A DNA stretch of 64,000 nucleotides, taken from positions 124,001 through 188,000 of the forward strand of contig JBLDXI010000014.1 in assembly GCA_047495785.1 (NCBI GenBank). The letters run 5' to 3'. Origin of the DNA: Lepidodermella squamata. Lineage: Eukaryota; Animalia; Gastrotricha. Positions 59,452-64,000 of the stretch are shown here, piece by piece; positions within the stretch are counted from its first letter, which is position 1; every line of letters begins with the position of its first letter. A program made the translations under genes and the position numbers. Under the pieces are notes generated by a model, which saw only the letters and a program-made list of their open reading frames with translations, was not told the DNA's origin and ran no database searches.

Positions 59452-62400
59452 TCAAACTCGGACGTTTTGCGCGTTGACGTAGATAGATTCTTCAGCTGGC
59501 GCCTCGTCCAGCTGGTTCAGCAGTCTTTCCGTCGATGATGATATCGAAGATACATCAAGGTTTTGCATATCGTGATAAGCCTGGGGCGCTACATCGGCCC
59601 GCCCAGCAGCAGGGGTTCCATTCATTTCTATCAACCAAAAGTTATATAATTATTTTTATTTATGTCATCAGTTTTTACCGTCGATGTGCCGTTCGCAATG
59701 AGGTCCTAGGAAACCACGTTGGCACCGGCACCGGCCCGAGCGCCGATCACAGCCCTTGCTATTCGGCGGTGGCATGCAGTTGCACGTCAAACTGCATTCC
59801 GGGCCGAAATGATACGGCTGGCAGCGCCGATGATGTTCTGTCAAACTCCGAGCCGTGCTCGCGAAGTGCCGCGCTGTCCTTCGTGCCTCTGCACTTCGCG
59901 TCTCCGCCGGTCCGATAAGAACGGCGTCAGTGCTGTTACCCGCGACGGAATCTGTCGCGTTGTCGAAATCTTCGACTCGATTGCGGTTTAAAAAGCCGCC
60001 GTCACGCCTCAATTGAGGCAAGTGGTGCCGCGTGATATTGCCGACTCCCATGCATCGGCCTGAAGCACGATCGCATTGGTTACTCCTACATAACGGCGAG
60101 CAGGATCTGTTGCAATTGATGCCCCAGTAACCGGAATCACATTCTATAAATGAAAACATTCAAAAACATTTGATTTTTCACTAAAAGAGCACTCACCATG
60201 TTCGCAAAGGGTTCCGACGTAACCAGGCCGCTGACAGGTGCAGCACCCAGTCACGTGGTGACAAACGCCACCATTTTGGCACAAGCATTTATGGGCGCAC
60301 CGAGGCCCGTAAGTTCCGACAGGGCAGTGGTCAGCGCATTTCGGTCCAGTGAAGCCGGAGTTGCAAATGCACTGACCCGTGACGCGGTCGCAACCGGCCG
60401 AGCCCTCTGGGTGGCAGTTGGCGTTTTCGCACGACTCGGCGCAGTTGCGACCAAAGACGCCGGCTGGACATGTTTTCGAACAGTGCCTGCCAGTGAAGCC
60501 GGGCGCGCAGTCGCAGACACCGCTAACTGGGTCACACCGAGATCCATTATGCATACAACGGCATCGCCGCATACAGTCGTGGCCGTAGTAGTGATTCGGA
60601 CACTGATGATCGCAAAGTGGGCCGATGTAGCCTGGTCTACATCGACATTGTCCCTTGTCATCGCAGGTACCATTCGCGTGGCAAGGGCACACGTCCTGGC
60701 ATGCGGGTCCGAAGAACCCAGGAGGGCAACCTGACAGTGGTTGATCTATAAAATCAAATTAGTTCGCATTCAATTGAAATATTTATAGGTCACCTTGATC
60801 AGCTGGGACCATCAACATATCCTCGCCCTCGACCATTTCCTTAAAACTGCGAACTTCGACCTCACGACTAGAGGCAAATGCAACAGTTTTCTTCGGCTGG
60901 TTGCCATTTCGCTTCCGATCGAAACGCCCATCTTTGCTAGATATCGATGAAACGCCATCTTTATTTGGCTTTAGCCTCGTTCTCTGGGGGTGGCGATGTG
61001 TTGCATTCGGGTGCTGGTGATGGCGGTGTCGGGTTGGCGACCGGGATCCGTCAGTTGCGTGGCTGGATCGGGGCGAGTTAAGATCGCTCAAAATCATCGT
61101 CTCCAACATTCTCTCCCGACTTCGGCCATCTTCGTCCCGCCGCCGCGTTGTCTCTATCCTGGCTGTACTCGTGCTTGGCTGATCGTTGAACTGAGCATAA
61201 CCAGACCCATTCATATCGCCCTGTTGATGCATGTAAATCGCAAATTCCTCGGCAACAGAGTCACGAACAGGCGTCTCTTGCAGCTGTTTTACGTCGACTT
61301 CCTCCATCGACGGCGACTCGAGGCAGATTCCGGTCACGTGATGGCAATTGTTGTAGCCGCACTGGCATTTCTGCTGGCAATCGGCGCCGTAGAAGCCGGG
61401 CGCGCACTTCTCGTCGCACGCGTCGCCGATGTAACCAGGCGGGCAAATGCAGGTGCCGAGGAACCGGTCGCAAGTTGCATTTTCATTGCGGCAATCGCAC
61501 GTTGAGCTGCAGTTGGCGCCGTAGAGACCAGGCTGGCACGCGACATCGCACCGCTCGCCTGTCCACCCGCTGGTACAGATGCATCGGCCATCGATGGGTG
61601 AACAGTCGTCACTGTTTGCGCCGCAAGTACACTTCTGCCGGCAGTTTTGCCCAAAAGATCCAGCGGCACATTCTAAATTGATTGAAATTCAGATAAAGCT
61701 AAATGAAGGCAAACTTAGAAACTTACGCTGATCACATTTTTGCCCACGGTAACCGGGCTCGCAAATGCAGGCGCCGCTCACTACGTCGCAGCCTTTCGTG
61801 AAATGGGACGAGTTGTCGTTGTTGTTTCGATAGTTGTTCATTGAGATCGATGATGCATTATTGTTGAAAGCTGAAGCGGGAAGCGACGGAACGTACTCAC
61901 GAGGCGGCGGTACCGGGCATTCGCAACGCTGCTCGCAATTTACACCGTAGAAACCATCTTGACACGGCTCACAGCGCTGCAATTCGGGCGAGTAATAAGT
62001 TCCAACCGGGCAGTAACAAGATCCTACAGAAAAATTCCTGATTCAGAGTGAACAAAGAAAAGGAAGAATTTCACCTGTAGCAGGTTCACAACCAACAGCT
62101 TCGAGGTAGCCGCCTGAAACTGTATCCATCGAAAGCGAGTCCAGCTCGGAAGCGTATTTAGCAGATGAAAATTGGAAGCCGCCACCTGCCAGCGGTGCCA
62201 TCATAACGGAGCAGTTGCACGCCTGTGAGCATTCAGGGCCGAAATAGCCGAACGGGCAGTCTTCGGCACACTGCACGCCGATTTTGCCGGGCGGGCACAC
62301 GCACTTGCCCGAGACTGGGTCGCAGCCGTAGGGTGCGCAGTCGAGGCAAGCGTCCAGACACATGGGTCCATATCGACCGGGTGGACAAGCTGTCATTTCA

Positions 62401-64000
62401 TCGAAAATTAACTCACGTTCAATGTAATGATATTTTGTACTGACGGTCTGTAGCGTCATATCGCAATTACTTTTAAATATCTAATACTCAGCTATATTAG
62501 TTATACGGGGGTGAGTATTGGGATCAAAAAAGCTGACGTTCGCTGACTTACGAAGTGAGCAGGTATCTCCATAGTAGCCGTTCGCGCAGTCGGTTCGCGG
62601 GCACTGGCCGGATGCTGAAAAAACATCAACGCAGGGCAATTAAAATGCGGTGCGAAATTCGATAATATCAATCGGCGGCGCGTCAACGCCGACGAAATGT
62701 CACGTACCGGGATCGCACAGTAGAGAGCAGTCATCGGGGCACGTTGCCGAACAGTTCGAGCCATAGTAACCCGCGACGCACGGCTCGTCGCACTTGTCGC
62801 CGCGAAAGCCACTCTGGCAGATGCACGCACCAGTCTGCGAAAAAATTATGCGAAAATTTAATTTTAATTTTTAAGGAGGGTTAATTCTTACAGTAGCATT
62901 GCAGGCTTGGGTGTGTTGCATGTTGCAGTCGCACTCGGCCTCGCAGAATTTTCCGAAGCGACCAGTCGGACACGGTGCACAGCTGGGTCCGAAGTAACCA
63001 GGCTGGCACTGGCAGAAGCCGAGGTCAGGATCGCACTCGCCCGACACGCACTTACTAGAGCAGCGGTTGGCGCATTCGGGCGGGCCGTACAAGCCTGATG
63101 CCACCAGCAAAGACAACAAGCATCATCATCATCATCATTTGAATACGTATACAATGAGAATGAAACAAAAACAAAAGAGGCCAGCACGGTGAGTAAACAC
63201 TCGGGCGAGATTTCGCTCGCCTCTCTTTATCAAATTCGGTGTGTATGCGAAGGGCCCGTCGAGAATTCTTACTGCTGAGATAAACAATAACAAAGCCATT
63301 AGACAAGAGGCGGGGACACGCTGCTAAAAAAAATCGGCGTAGCACGCACGCGCGTTCAATAATTGAATTTCGCGCAGGCATGTCATTTTTTTCTCGCATC
63401 TAAGAAATTATTGCGCCGGCATCATCGCATATGACGAACCAGTACTGTAGCGTATGAATAGCCGCTATTATAAGTTTATTGAATCGCGGGCATTTTGCGA
63501 CCGCGACGCCGGCTCACTGCAGAACAATAATCTCGGCTGTGAAATAAGCCTCATCGATACGCGCGCGCGCGCGCGAGCCCATTACAAAGCCGCGCCCTCT
63601 TGCGCTGGCCATTTTTTGGCGATCAGGCACTTGCTAAATCGCTTTTGTCGTCGCAATATTTTTCATGGCGCGCGCGTGCGCGGTGAACCTAATAGCTGGC
63701 GATTACGGGCGAACGACCGCACCTCTAGCTAAAAAACTGAATGCCACACAGTGCGGCGGCTGTAAGCTTACAACAATATGCGAAGACATGATGTGAAATG
63801 CATTAAAAATGTCAATGGCGCGTGTGTGCTGTGTTTGTTTTACGAAAATCGAACGTGCGATATAAGTTCGAACGACAAGAAATTAAAGCATCCGGTCATA
63901 ACAAAGGCGCCGCACGCCCTCGTCGTCGAGTGGCTAGCATTTACTCGCCGTTTTTTTCCACTCCAACGGAAAAACGCACCTTTCGGACAGCCGATTTGAC
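59452..64000 (-). CDS. MEGF6: MEGF6-like protein, copy 2 (3' part; continues beyond the window)
   Basis: Identical to 42485-47033. Confidence 0.75.

Larger units (their letters stand above)
32876..64000 (+). repeat. Tandem segmental duplication, unit 16,966 bp (copy 1 32876-49841; copy 2 from 49842 past the window end)
   Basis: All ORFs recur identically at +16966 (before 38058) or +16967 (after 38235). Novel junction at 49841/49842. Confidence 0.97.

Overview
Eukaryotic window from a gene-dense, small-intron (mostly 45-60 bp) genome of a ciliated invertebrate animal. This is inferred from the outer-dynein-arm docking genes, Cys-loop receptors, a PRD homeobox and MEGF6; the taxon cannot be fixed from sequence alone. 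Layout: ~8.8 kb of microsatellite-rich non-coding DNA; two orphan genes; a tandem pair of ODAD1/CCDC114-CCDC63-type genes; a young 5'-truncated LINE with a 14-bp TSD; a sigma-1 receptor; a myristoylated acidic protein whose 3' half is triplicated in 1803-bp units carrying a MITE; a mucin-like membrane protein. A 16,966-bp tandem segmental duplication follows (32876-49841 / 49842->64000). The most striking item is a 10-exon, 1171-aa gene model (30819-34821, minus): signal peptide, two L-type-lectin-like domains and a Ser/Thr mucin stalk fused to a complete, intronless Cys-loop ion channel. It sits head-to-head with a second Cys-loop subunit that has Arg/Lys at pore-lining M2 2'/6'. The duplication junction creates a predicted secreted lectin-only version of the fusion gene. 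In one copy a microhomology-mediated inversion swaps the homeodomain protein's WRPW-containing tail for the channel's M4 helix, in frame. All gene models were spliced by eye and need transcript confirmation.
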